Of a stretch of DNA of 64,000 nucleotides, positions 23,893 to 36,480 are shown piece after piece. The translations under genes were made by a program, and so were the position numbers. The notes beneath the pieces are model-generated. The model did not search any database. It was given only the letters and a program-made list of their open reading frames with translations, and was not told the origin of the DNA. Positions within the stretch are counted from its first letter, which is position 1; each line of letters starts with the position of its first letter. Source of the stretch: Octopus sinensis (lineage: Eukaryota); the NCBI RefSeq assembly GCF_006345805.1, contig NC_043016.1, positions 27,218,001 to 27,282,000 of the forward strand, given 5' to 3'.

Positions 23893-25920
23893 CAATTAAG
23901 AGTATGAAGACAGGGAAATCCCCCAGCCCATCAGGAATCACTGCAGAGATGCTCAAAATATCTAGTGGTGTCAGCTATAGCCTAGTCACTTGTATAGTTA
24001 ACCAGGTGATACATGAAGGAGTCATACCCAATGACTGGTGTAGCAGCACCATAGTCACCTGCTACAAAAGTAAAGGTGATGCTTTAGATACAAATAATTA
24101 CAGCAGTATCAAGTTTTTGGATCATGTAATGAAGGTCACGGAGAGGGTTGTAGCCAAACAGATTAGGGAGAGAGTCAGTTTAGATGAGATGCAGTTTGGG
24201 TTCGTACCAGAGAAAAGCACCACTGACGCTAAATTTCTGGTAAGACAGCTGCAAGAGAAATAACCAGCCAAAGATGAACCTCTGTACCTGGGTTTCATTG
24301 ACATGGAGAAAGCCTTTGACAGGGTCCTTTGATCCCCTATCTGGTGGTCAATGAGGAAACTAGGGATAGATGAATGGTTAGTGAGAGCTGTGCAAGCCAT
24401 ATACAGGGTCGCTGTCAGTAAGGTGAGGGTTGGCAATGAGTACAGTGAAGAATTCCAGGTAGGGGTCCACCAAGGATCAGTCCTCAGCCCCCTCTTATTC
24501 ATCATAGTCCTCCAGGCAATAACAGAGGAATTCAAGATGGGATGCCCCTGGGAGCTCCTCTATACTGATGGCCTTGCTCTAATTGCTGAGTTACTATCAG
24601 AACTAGAGGAAAAGCTTCAGGTGTGGAAGCAAGGATTAGAATTGAAGGGCCTTAGAGTCAACCTAGCTAAAACCAAAGTTTTAATAAGTAGGAAGGTTGA
24701 TAAATCCCTCCAGATAGATGGCCCTGCTCGATCTGTAGAAAAGGGTTAGGTAGAAACTCTATAAGATGTACCCAGTGTAAGCTATGGACACATAAGAGGT
24801 GCAGCAATATCAAAGGAAGGCTAACTGGGAAGATAGTTTTTGTATGTGGCAGATGCTCAGGAGCAATAAACAATGAAAATATGCAGAGAACAACTCCCAT
24901 CACATTCCAGGGAGAAAAACTAGAAGTAGTTGATAGCTTCCATTACCTAGGTGACCAAGTCAATAGCGGGGGTGGATGCTCTGAAAGTGTAGCTGCTAGA
25001 ATAAGAATAGCCCGGGAAAAGTTCAGAGAGCTCCTACCTCTGCTGGTGACAAAGGGCCTCTCGCTCAGAGTAAAAGGTAGACTGTATGACGCATGTGTAC
25101 GAACAGCCATGTCGTATGGCAGTGAAACATGGGCTGTGACTGCTGAGGACATGCGTAAGCTTGCAAGGAACGAAGCCAGTGTCCTCTGTTGGATGTGTAA
25201 TGTTAGTGTGCATACACGACAGAGTAAAAGCGCCCTGAGAGAAAAGTTGGATTTAAGAAGCATCAGATGTGATGTGCAAGAGAGGTGACTATGCTTGTAT
25301 GGTCATGTGTTGTGAATGAATGAGAACAACTGTGTGAAAAAGTGTCACACCCTAGCAGTTGAGGGAACCTGTGGAAGAGGTAGAATCCAAGAAAACCTGG
25401 GATGAAGTAGTGAAGCACGACCTTCGAACATAGGGCCTTACCAAGGCAATGACTAGTGACCGAGACCTTTGGAGATATGCTGTGCTTGAGAAGACCTGGA
25501 AAGCCAAGTGAGACCATAGCCTATGATCTATACCAGTTGGTGTAACCAACCCACTTATGAATACCCCTCATTCATTGGACAATAAACTTTGCTTGCGAAG
25601 ACCTACTAAGGCAAGTGAAATCAAATCAAAATCGCTGATGTGGCTGATGACAGTACCGCCTGATTGGCAGTCATGCCAGTGGAACGTTAAAAGAGGCATA
25701 TCTGTGATTGTTGCCAGGGTCATGGACTGGCTCCAGTGCTGGTGGCATGTAAAAAGCACCATTTGAGTGTGACTGTTGCCAGCATTGCCTTACTGGCACA
25801 TGTGCCGGTGGTATGTGAAAAACAACATTCGAGCGTGGTCGTTGCCAGTGCCGCTGGACTGGCTCCTGTGCAGGTAGCATGTAAAAAACACCAGCAGATG
25901 TTAAACAATGATGATGACGA
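23893..25920 (+). mobile_element. RTE-clade LINE, 5'-truncated and frameshifted (RT domain, PHD-type finger, 3' UTR repeats, (GAT)n tail)
   Basis: KSPSPSGITAEML, QFGFVPEKSTTDA, GVHQGSVLSPLLFIIV, LYTDGL (decayed YADD), LEVVDSFHYLGD, SYGSETW; tail gttaaacaatgatgatga. Confidence 0.92.
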
Positions 25921-26149
25921 ACATAATATTTATCCAGTAAAATAATAATCACCCAGAAATGTGTCCAGAGGAAGCCATCCACAAAGAGTCCAGCAGGAGT
26001 AACTAAAGTGTACATTGTATCTCTCATCAGCTATTGCTTGACTATTGTGCCTTATGCTAGTTCCCATATGACTGCACTGAAGCATATATTCTCTTGCTTC
26101 CAGGAATCCCTGGCCTGGTGGTGCTAAAGCATGGAAGTGCAATCCGCCA

Positions 26150-26560
26150 AATATGTCTGTGATATGCACAGGGTGACAAAACCATCTGGCATGCATTTGT
26201 CAGCAAGTTCATGTTGGACATCTGATGACACGTGTAGGATGGATCTAGCTATCAACTGAATCCATCATGAAGATTGCCCCACTGTTTTCTTTTAAAAGGG
26301 AAGGGTAGGTAGTTTTCATATGCCTGGGGCCATGGCAAAAGAGGGTGTATGGTGGATGTGATTGAAGGGGCTGAAGACAAACACTTTCCTATTTGGCCAG
26401 TATCACGTGAAGAGGAAAATAAAGGTGGAGAGGGAAGTGTTGCCTTCCAGTCATTTTGTTGAAAAGTAGAGGAGAGTGGAGACCATGGTGTGAGGGAATG
26501 CACTTGCCTTGAGCGTATACCTGTAATCGAAGATGAGAAAAGGTACCTGCCCTAGAAGTC
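26150..26560 (+). mobile_element. Tx1/L1-clade LINE 3' fragment
   Basis: QYHVKRKIKVEREVLPSSHFVEK*RRV resembles the C-terminus of Tx1-type ORF2; GC/purine-rich block. Confidence 0.5.
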
Positions 26561-28393
26561 AGGGCACCTGTAGTTTTATGGAGCTTTTCCATCAGCAGCC
26601 CTTGAACATCTCTTTCCTCTCAATGAATGCTCGTTATTAAATTTTTATTACAGCTTCTTATTTATTCTTTCTTAAACATGATTACATGCAAAACTCTCAA
26701 ACCAAAAAACATGCACACTCGCACAAAGTTTTGACCTGTGCTGTTCTTAATGTTTTTCTTAAAGTAAACTCTTTTGTGGTTAATAAATTACTATTATTCC
26801 CTTCATACTTTTGAGGTCAATGAAACAAAATAGTGGCCTAGCATTTGCTCCTGCCCTCAAAATTGCTGGCCTTGTACCTAAATGAGAAATAACAATTACT
26901 ATAATTGCCGCTATTTTTTTCGGAAGCAAATGACAGTTCGATTCTGTTTTCTGCTTGGAAATTTGCAGATTTTACATACACACATGAAACAGGTAAGAAC
27001 AAATATGCAAGGCTTTTATTCTTAAAGTTTAAAATGAGACATTGCTGGCATAATTTCGTTATATCTATACTCCACAACCCACGGAAATACCCGAAGGGAA
27101 AAGTTTTCATTTTGTCGAGTTATATCGAAGGAATGGCCTTCTTTCGTTTGAAGCAGCAATGTCTTTTCGGCCTTTTTTCCTACGAAGATATCATTCATTC
27201 ATTCTCACATACATACATTGTTACATATGATACACGACAACCCTCCTCACTTAATCTTAGTTATTGTTAGACAGAATATTTTATTCTAATCCACCGAGAA
27301 CTCTGACATACACATTGCTAAATTATGTGTCTGTAATCTACAGACAACTAAATGCAAAGACAGCCAAACTGAATAGCATATTCCTAAAGTTTACAGAACA
27401 CGTTGACAATCAGAATTTTCTGTTTTAGTCTTTATTTTATTTACACTTGAAAAAAAGGTATAAATTACAAAAGTATACAATATGAAAATGAGGGGGAGAA
27501 AAAAAATCTTAAGTAAATGATCAAAATAAAGGTATGCACACTCAAATCAATTCCTTGCATCAAACCAGGTGAAACAAGTATTCAAAATTTAAAAGTGTTA
27601 TAGTCCGATCTGTATGTAACCACCGGTCTCCTTTTACAAAACAAAAGGGACCACATAGACATGGCATGCTACATTTCTCCCAATTTACAAATAAATCATC
27701 ATTTTGCATAGGTGGCTACAAAAATTAATTAAACTGAATTGCAGGTTTATGAAAAATTTTGCAGGCATATTTTATAAACACCTCAAATTTTTTTTGCAGA
27801 CATCAACGCGTTCCACATGTAAGAGACGAAGGAACTTGTTGGCATTCTTTCGATATAACTCGACAAAATCAAAACTTTTCCGTGGGTTGTGGAGTATTGA
27901 TATAACGTTTAAATTATGCCAGCAATGTCTCATTTTAAACTTGAAGAAGAAAAGCCTTGCATATTTGTTCTTACATGTTTCATGTGTGTATGTAAAATCC
28001 GCAAATTTCCAAGCAGAAAACAGAATCGAACTGTCATTTGCTTCCACGGAAATAACCGAAGTGAAATGTTTATTCATTTTGTCGAGTAATATCGAAAGAA
28101 TGCCCTTATTTTTTAAAGCTTGGTACTTATTCTATCGGGTTTCTTTTGCTGGATCGATGCTACGAGGATGTAAACAAACCAGCACCGGTTGTCAAGCGGT
28201 GATAAAACAAACACACACATAACGAACGAGCTTCTTCCAGCAACTGCTTCTCAGACATCTACTCGCAAAGTAACCAAAATGTTGAGTAGTAGGACTGAAT
28301 TCCAAGTAGCATAGATAGGAAGTAAGTTGCTCAGTCACATCGCCATGCCTGTCTGTGCCTGTATAATACATTTTATAAACAGTAGAACATCAG

Positions 28394-28797
28394 GCGGATG
28401 TTGCAGATAGGTAGCACCAAGTTGGAATACTCTCCGTTTTCACAGGGATTTTTCAGATTACTAAGCACAATGATATTTTTGGACACTACGCACTTAAAAG
28501 CTATAGAAGCATTTTCGGTTAAAAACCAAAAAGTGCATATTTTTAGACGAAAATTTGTGTGATTTAAGGGAGATTTGGCTGTTTCTAGCATATGCCATGA
28601 CCGATAAAAATCATAATTTTCAAGATAAAAAAATGTTAGTAACATAAATGAGAATGCGACAAATAGAAAATATTGAAAAACATCAATACTCGTCAGAGGG
28701 AGAAAGAAACAAGGTGGTCATGAGATATGCTAGAAACACCTCCGACAAAATGGAGAAATTCCAACTTGTTGGTGCTACCTATCTCCGACGTCCACCA
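28394..28797. mobile_element. MITE with about 48-bp TIRs
   Basis: ggcggatgttgcagataggtagcaccaagttggaatactctccgttt versus aaatggagaaattccaacttgttggtgctacctatctccgacgtccacc. Confidence 0.65.
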
Positions 28798-31192
28798 AAC
28801 AGTTTTGAATTTTGGATTCTCACCATTTGTATAAGTGATAACGATCATGTTCCTTAAGGGCGTGGATTAAATAATCCTTCCTACTATATTCACAAGGTAT
28901 AAAATTTTGTGGGAGGCGGTTAGTTGATTATTTCAACCTGGTATTTATTTTATCGACCCCGCAAAGGTGGATTTGGAACTCACAACGCAAGCATGGATGA
29001 GATGCTTAGCATTTTTTTCCCGCAAGCTAACGATTCTGCCAGCTCGCTGATTTTCAATAATTGAATTTTAGTGATACAACCAATATATTCACCCCTTGAT
29101 ACCACTTCAACACACACGAACATGCGAAACATCAATATCCCATTTTTGCTAATCTCGTTATCAATTTTCTTTTGTATTGTATATTAGATTGATTGATTTT
29201 TACGTGGCATCTAATGTAAATTTAGAACTTTTGCTTCCTTCACGCCGCTGAATTATAAAAATATATAATTAGCATATTATTACTGTGTTAAGAAACGACG
29301 TTAAGGAAAATAATCAGGATGCTAATTTTCTTCCAACCACGTAGGAAGTATTTCAATATTTTCACCTGGTTGTTATTACGTAACTTTAAAAGCTTGTAAC
29401 TGTATTATTAATCCCTAAATAAAATGAATATGTTTTTCATCCGTATGCAAAACTACATCAAAACTACCACTTTTTTTTTGAGAATAAACTTCAAGTGGTT
29501 GGGAAAAATTTAACAAGCTTAAATTTTCAAAATTCTGTTGAAGGTTTACATATAAGAACACTCATCAATTTGGACATCGATCCAAATAATATCCACCAAT
29601 AAAGAAAATCTACAAGCGTAGGGGAAGACCCCAGTACACAAGAGGTAGCTTCTCTTGTCCATTCTTTGATGTTGCTCAACCCAATTTGCAGTTTCCTTAT
29701 CTTTTATAAATCTTAAAGAATTCAATAAATTTGTATATTTCCAAGTAGCCTACATATTCTTTTATTCTTTTACTGGTTCCAGGCATTTGACTACGGCCAT
29801 GCTGGAGCACCTCCTCAAAGGGATTTTAGTTGAAGAAATCAACCCCAGGACATAATCTTTGTAAGCCTAGCAGTTATTTTGCCAAACTGCTAAGTTATGG
29901 GGATGTAAACATACCGACATCGGTTGTCAAGCGATGGTGGGGTAGACAAAGACACACACAATCAATCCAAATAAACGAATAAAAAAACGAACTTGAGGAT
30001 GTGCACAAGAAATGTATTAGTTCTTCATTGGAAAAGAGAAAGGGAAAAGTCCAAAGATGGAACAGAAATCGCCAAAAGCACACACTGACAGGCTTCTTTC
30101 AGTTTCCGTCTACCAAATCCACTCACAAGGCTTTGATCGGCTCAAAGCTATAGTAGAAGACATTTCACCAAGGTCCCACAGTGGGACTCAACCTAGAATC
30201 ATGTGGTTGAGAAGCAAGCTTCTTACCACACAGTCACGCCTTCAGAGATTAGTCATATTTTCCCCGAATGAATCACAGAAACTGATTATATTGTTGTTAT
30301 GGCCTTTCTATTACATAGGCATCTCTCTCTCAAAATCATTTCAAAGTCCACTTTTCCCTGCTTGCATTAGTTAAACAATATCAGTTGAAGCAGATTTTCT
30401 AAGGCTAGATGCACTTTCTGTTGTCAGCCCTCACCTGTTTCCAAGTAAGGTAATATTTCCCTTAGTCCTTCAAAACCAAATAATACAATGAACTGGGATG
30501 CAGAGGAGAGAAAATGGCCCAACCAACACTACTATGTTTGTTTACAATTGTAAGCACAACTGGTGTGCAACGTCCAGACAAGGAAACACATACATACACA
30601 CACACTCATACCAAATTTACTCACAAAATTTTTTGTGGGCTCATGGCTACTGTAGACTGTATTTGTTCAAAGTGCTGTATAGTGGGACTGAACCAGAAAC
30701 TAAGTAATTGTGAATGAAGTAAACTTCTTAAGTACAGAGCCATGCTTTTATATGCATGTGTGTGTGTAAAATGGAATTTCAATAATAGGTCCATTGCTAT
30801 CATCTGATTGTTTAACATTTGCTTGATAAAAAAACTTGAAGCTACAATGTACTTCTATTATTGGACTATATTAATAGTTGTTAGCTTTTCTTACTGAGTG
30901 ATCTACTTAACAGCAGAGATGCTTGCTCTGAAAGCATAGTTGCCAAAATAAAAACGGAATTAAAAAAACGCATAAAGGTCCATTACTTCTGCTAGCAGTG
31001 AAGGGATTCTTCCAATGACAGAGAAAAGTAGAGTGTATGATGCTCAAATATAAAGTGCAATGTTGCATGGTAGCAAAAAACTGGCACTGAAAGCAGAGCG
31101 TGTGTGTGTGTGTCTATATGAGCAATGTGCATGTACATATACATGCATGTATATATATATATATATATATATATACATTCTTATATACATGA

Positions 31193-31223
<31 letters not shown>

Positions 31224-31518
31224 CATACATTAATGTATATATATATATACATACATTCTTATATACATGAATGTATGTATACATAAATGTGAAGTTATGA
31301 TGTATGTAAACAAAGTTTGTTTTCTTTTTTTGAAGCATTGAGATGTATTGTAATATACAGATATGGAAATATTCTATTCTCAATGCATAATAAAAATACT
31401 GAATAGCATAAATAGGATAGAACATCCTTATATTGCAGAAAAATCTTATAGTGGCCAGCCATGACTGGCCTCTATCAATATACATGAATGTATATATACA
31501 TTCATATATACATGCATG

Positions 31519-31555
<37 letters not shown>

Positions 31556-33325
31556 ATATATAAATTCACATTACATGCATGTAGGGTACTTTATTCAAGG
31601 CACCAGCACTGGCAAGGCCACTTAGTAACTTGCAAGACAAAAATCTCTCAAGTGAGATGGGTTTTGGTATTGAGGAAAGTGGATTTGTATCAGGTGATGG
31701 GAGGTTAAAGTATAATTGTAGGACAGAAAGATACTAAAGAGGAGATATGGTTACCAGAGTTAGAGGAAGAGAGAGAGAGATGGTAGTGATGTGCCAGAGT
31801 GTACCCTCAAAGTACAAGGAGGTGAATGTAAATGAAGTGGTAGAAGATTGAACAGGGTAAGTGAGCAGGGTGTTCAGGAGTGCATGCAAAGGGGGAGAGT
31901 GGAGGGAAAATGAAATACAGTGAGTGATGAAATATGGGTATATATTGAGAAGTGACAGAAGAAAGAGATGACAGAGCATTTGCCTGCAAGGGTGGAGAGG
32001 GTATGGGGTGTGTGAATTAATGTTACATGTAGGTGCGATACACAGCACTTCCTTAACTCAGTTTTGCTGAGGTGGCGGGTAGGTCTTTCCAAGGACCTCA
32101 TAATGCTAGACATTTTGGTCCATTGTCATCTCCTCTGTGAAGCTCAACACCTTGAGACTGGCCCTCACTACTTCATCCTATGTATTCCCGAGTCTCCATA
32201 TTCCACAGGTGCCATTCACTATAAGTGAACAGCACTTCTTTATACAGCTATATGTCCAAACCATCATAGCCATCTCTCTTGCATGCTACATCTGATTTGT
32301 CTTATGCCCAACTTTTCCCTCAGCACATTTGCGCATTGTCACACATGTACACTGATATTGCACTTGAGTGGATGTATGCATGTGTATATACATAACTCTT
32401 CTACATTTGTTCATCCTCAACCCTACCAGATCACTTATCTTCACTCCCCTACTTTCCATCCAAATCATATTTATCGGACCTTCTCTCCCTCAATCTTGTT
32501 CTTCATTCAGTATATTTGCTCACCCCACCATTAACTCATCTCTGACCATCTCTCACTTTCTCCACACACTCTTGGAACCCCTCCTACTCACCCACTTTCT
32601 GTTCTTCTGTCCCCGAAGCCCACCCTGACACGTTATCACTATCACCAGCTCAACTTTTCCAGCTCTATCCCAACTATTCCCACCCACTCTTGTATAATTG
32701 GAGGTAGTCATATACCTCCGCTACCACAAGAAATCTGTTTCTACTCTTTCTTTCATACTTTACATCACCAAGTAAAATGTTGTCTCCCACTCTGCTCGGT
32801 CAAAACGGATCTTAGTCTTGTAAGCTATATGGTGTTGTCACTAGTGCTGGTACCATAAAAAAAAATGGTATCAAGTACATTCTATAATTGGTGTTAGTAA
32901 TGGCATCCAGTCATAGAATCTAAGCCAAAGCAGACAATGGAGCGTGACGCAGTATTCAAACCTATCGGATACAAATTGTCCAACCTATGCTAGCATGGGA
33001 GACACGCATTAAAAGATGATGATACACAAAAACACACACATACACACGGTGTGCGTGCGTGTGTGTGTGTATGTATATATATATATAAATTTATGCACAA
33101 ATTAATACATACATGCATGTACACACATACATACGTATATATATATATATATATATATATATACGCACGTATATAATTATATACATAAACATACATATAC
33201 ACGCAAATATACAGACATACCTACTTACACACACATACTCTCAGGCATACCAAGTATATGCATTTATATATTTTATACCATATATGTGTGCATTTGCGAA
33301 CGTATGTGTGTATATTATTTATACA

Positions 33326-33384
<59 letters not shown>

Positions 33385-33439
33385 AGAATTTCAATTTAGC
33401 TTTGCATTATTCATTCAGAAGTCAACTGAATCAATGAAT

Positions 33440-33924
33440 AACATTTATTTTGATTCTCGTTCAACACATTTCTCCGCCCCTTTTCTAACAATATATTAAT
33501 ATTTTGGTTCTATATTTCACACATTTATTCACTGTTATACAATATATCTAAAAGTACAGAGTGTAATAATAAGTAAACTTACTACTTCGTCAATGTGAGC
33601 CGGATGAAGAGAGCAGGCATCGGTTAAAAAAAAAATTTATCTAATTACAATATCTTCTGGTCATCTGAAATATACGGAATTGCAGTGTCATAACGCAGCA
33701 AATAGATATCATTACAACAACTTGGTAATATAATTTTAAATTGAAAATGTAAATGTCTTTGGTAATAAGATCGATGTAAGAAATGTTTTTAAAAAATTTT
33801 AACCTTAATTTAGGAGTTTTATTGAACTGTACCTTTTTAAATATCAACAAGTGATTTCGTATGTTTTGTTTAAATGACACGAACATTTTCGGTTTATAAA
33901 ATACATTCTGCAGAAACTATAAAC
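33440..33924. promoter_or_regulatory. CpG-retaining promoter/5' region of KIFBP, possibly bidirectional
   Basis: CpGs retained against a depleted background; CCGCCCC (Sp/KLF-like) near 33474-33480; minus-strand donor GTA|gtaagt at 33582; plus-strand acceptor-like ttctgcag at 33913. Confidence 0.45.
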
Positions 33925-35736
33925 ATGGCCGATTCACGCTGTTATATGATTGAGAAAGGCTATGAAGAATATAAAAAAGCAAAGCATCTTAGCGAAGAAG
34001 AATCAAAGAACGATCCTGAAAATGAGCCTTTCAAATCTAAATACAAAGCTAGAGATATATTACTTTCCTTGCGTGATAAAATGAATACATTTTTAACTGA
34101 CACAAATGATTTACTTACGAAAATTTTAATCGCAGGACTAAATCTTCAACTGGGAGTGAATCATCTTGAGACAGAAGAACTGGGAGTCGGTGAGGAATAC
34201 CTTACTAAAATTTTAAAAGACATTGAGGATCATAAATTGAACAAGAGTTCTTGCAACATATACCAAGAAGCCCTCAATAATTTAGGGATTCTGTGGAGCC
34301 ACCGAGGAGAATTTGGTTTGGACGAAGCCGTGAAGTATTTAGAACTAGCCGAAAATCTTTACAATGATTTTAAACATGAAGTAGGTGGAGCCCCTCATTC
34401 AGTCGAAGAACTTTTCCGACCTGAAGGTGAGGATAATGATCTTATTGAACACGATCGTGATGTACACTTCGAAAATACTTACACTCATACAATGTTTTAT
34501 CTAGCACAGGTCTATGCTGGCAAAGGCAATAGAGAACTTTCTGCTAAGTATTGTCACCAAACTTTACTTAGACAATTAGAATCAAACCAGTATAACCCAT
34601 TAGAATGGGCTATAAATGCTGCTAGTCTTTCTCAATACTATCTTAGTGTGGATGATTATATGATGGCAAGGCATTGCCTCGCTAGTTCTTGTTACATATT
34701 ACAGGAAGCTGACGACTCTACCATTGAAAGTACTAACGACAGCATTGCACGACGCAAAGCTGACATCAGCCGCTGTTGGGCAAAATATGGTTTGTCGCTT
34801 CTTGAGTCCTCTAAAGAATTCTCTATAATTAATCTTATCGGACATTTGGACAGAACTGATTTGGTAAATGAGAAAAAAAATTCATCGGAAGCTGACCATA
34901 ATGCAGATAAGGAGCCGATTGCTGAAACTGAAACTCCCGAAAATTCGGATAAAAACACAGCTCGATTCAAACTGGAATTAACAGATCTGGAAGAAAATAT
35001 GCCTGCAAAATTTGTAAAAGATTTCCCGTCTGCACGAGAAGTATTTATTGCTGTTCAGAAGTGGTTAAATGACGCGAAAGAATATTATGTTATTGATAGC
35101 TATTGCAATGATTATGTTGAAATAATGAGGGATCATAGTAAGGCTTATAAACTGTTAGCGTGTTTTGAAACCGACCAAAACCGACAGTGTAAGATGCAGA
35201 AGCGTCGCATAGATTTACTAAGTAAACTACTCGAAGCTCTTAATGCGCAGCATTATCTCCACGTTTGTCGTCAATTAATGTACGAACTTGCAGAAACATA
35301 CTCCAGTTTATTAGACATCAAGGTAAACATATTTCAAAACGAGGAATCTTCGAGGACACCACATGCAATTAAAAAAATTAACTTATTAGTCTCTCAGAGC
35401 ATCGACCATTATATGAAATACATCCATTCAATCAAAGGTGGTCGTGCACAATTGCCAGATAAGCTCGACGAATCTGATGCTCGTCCAACATTAATTGCAT
35501 ATTTTTGTGTCGGCAACCTTTACACAAAATTCATTTGTTCAGATGCGGAGATGAAAATCCAAAATATTGAAAGAAGGCTTGCATGTTTCAAATGTATTGT
35601 TGATTATTGTCGTAAGGACCCAAAGGGATCGGAATTTATTGCTAATGAATTGCATATATGTGAAGAAATGGTGGAACTTTTGCCCAGAAAAATAGAACAA
35701 CTTAAAATGGACCCTTCAGCTGATATCACATGTTAA
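33925..35736 (+). CDS. KIFBP: KIF-binding protein (KBP/KIAA1279 family), single-exon 603-aa CDS
   Basis: Uninterrupted ORF with KBP motifs NDPENEPFKSKYKAR, LGVNHLETEELGVGEEYL, NNLGILW, YTHTMFYLAQVY, YCHQTLLRQL, EWAINAASLSQYY, KMQKRRIDLL, ICEEMVELLP. Start placed at aaacATGG; an in-frame ATG at 33874 would add 17 aa. Confidence 0.96.
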   Translation: MADSRCYMIEKGYEEYKKAKHLSEEESKNDPENEPFKSKYKARDILLSLRDKMNTFLTDTNDLLTKILIAGLNLQLGVNHLETEELGVGEEYLTKILKDIEDHKLNKSSCNIYQEALNNLGILWSHRGEFGLDEAVKYLELAENLYNDFKHEVGGAPHSVEELFRPEGEDNDLIEHDRDVHFENTYTHTMFYLAQVYAGKGNRELSAKYCHQTLLRQLESNQYNPLEWAINAASLSQYYLSVDDYMMARHCLASSCYILQEADDSTIESTNDSIARRKADISRCWAKYGLSLLESSKEFSIINLIGHLDRTDLVNEKKNSSEADHNADKEPIAETETPENSDKNTARFKLELTDLEENMPAKFVKDFPSAREVFIAVQKWLNDAKEYYVIDSYCNDYVEIMRDHSKAYKLLACFETDQNRQCKMQKRRIDLLSKLLEALNAQHYLHVCRQLMYELAETYSSLLDIKVNIFQNEESSRTPHAIKKINLLVSQSIDHYMKYIHSIKGGRAQLPDKLDESDARPTLIAYFCVGNLYTKFICSDAEMKIQNIERRLACFKCIVDYCRKDPKGSEFIANELHICEEMVELLPRKIEQLKMDPSADITC

Positions 35737-36084
35737 TCTTATTGTTTTCTTCTATGGTAAACTGATTTTATTTCTCTTTAAACGATATTTTTTTAATTAG
35801 ATAAGTTTTTTTTTTTTTTTTTTCGTATTTCTAATCGGGACTTTTAAGTAGATTGTAAATGCAGTTAATAATTCATTGGGTGTGATGAACAGATCTAACT
35901 TCGAAGTTAGTAACTGTATCAACCTGGGAGAACATGCGAAAGCCATGAGTAATGTCCCTTCTCTGTGGTCGTTTGTAGGAATGGGTAAAGGTTGTTATTT
36001 TTATGTACATATTCTTTCATTCGTTTTCTTGCTTCAGTCATACTGGATCACCGTCTCGGAAAATCACAACACAGTACTCGGTAA

Positions 36085-36480
36085 ACACACACACACACAC
36101 GCACGCAAGAACAAGTACCATGCACACACCACAGATAAGAACAAGCGCCCAGACAAAGACCAAACACACACACACAAGAACAAGCACGCACACACACACA
36201 CACAAGCAAGAACACACAAACAAGAACAAGCATGCACACACACACAAGAACAAGCACGTACACACACACAAGCAAGAACACACAAACAAGAACAAGCATG
36301 CATACACACACACACACACAAGAACACACAAACAAGAACAAGCATGCACACACACACACACACACACACACAAGAACAAGCACGCACACACACACGAACA
36401 AGAAGCATGCACAAGCACGCACACACACGAACAAGAAGCATGCACACACACACACACACACAGGAACAAGCACGCACGTA
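36085..36480. repeat. Compound (CA)n / caagaacaagca(c/t)gc minisatellite
   Basis: Repeated acacacacaagaacaagcacgc units; source of the spurious HT/CV-rich ORFs. Confidence 0.95.

Noticed and set aside
29520-29740. Coding-like block between TRAPPC11 and KIFBP (possible neighbour such as RWDD4, which adjoins TRAPPC11 in human)
   Set aside because: No frame gave a recognisable protein or convincing paired splice sites, and no RWDD4 motifs were found.
31114-31569. 151-aa Tyr/Ile-rich ORF (also 33113-33499 and 60255-60614)
   Set aside because: Artefacts of (TA)n microsatellites.
33874-33924. Upstream in-frame ATG as the KIFBP start
   Set aside because: Homology begins at MADSR, which has the better context (aaacATGG). 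An acceptor-like ttctgcag at 33913 suggests the upstream ATG is intronic or UTR. Not excluded.
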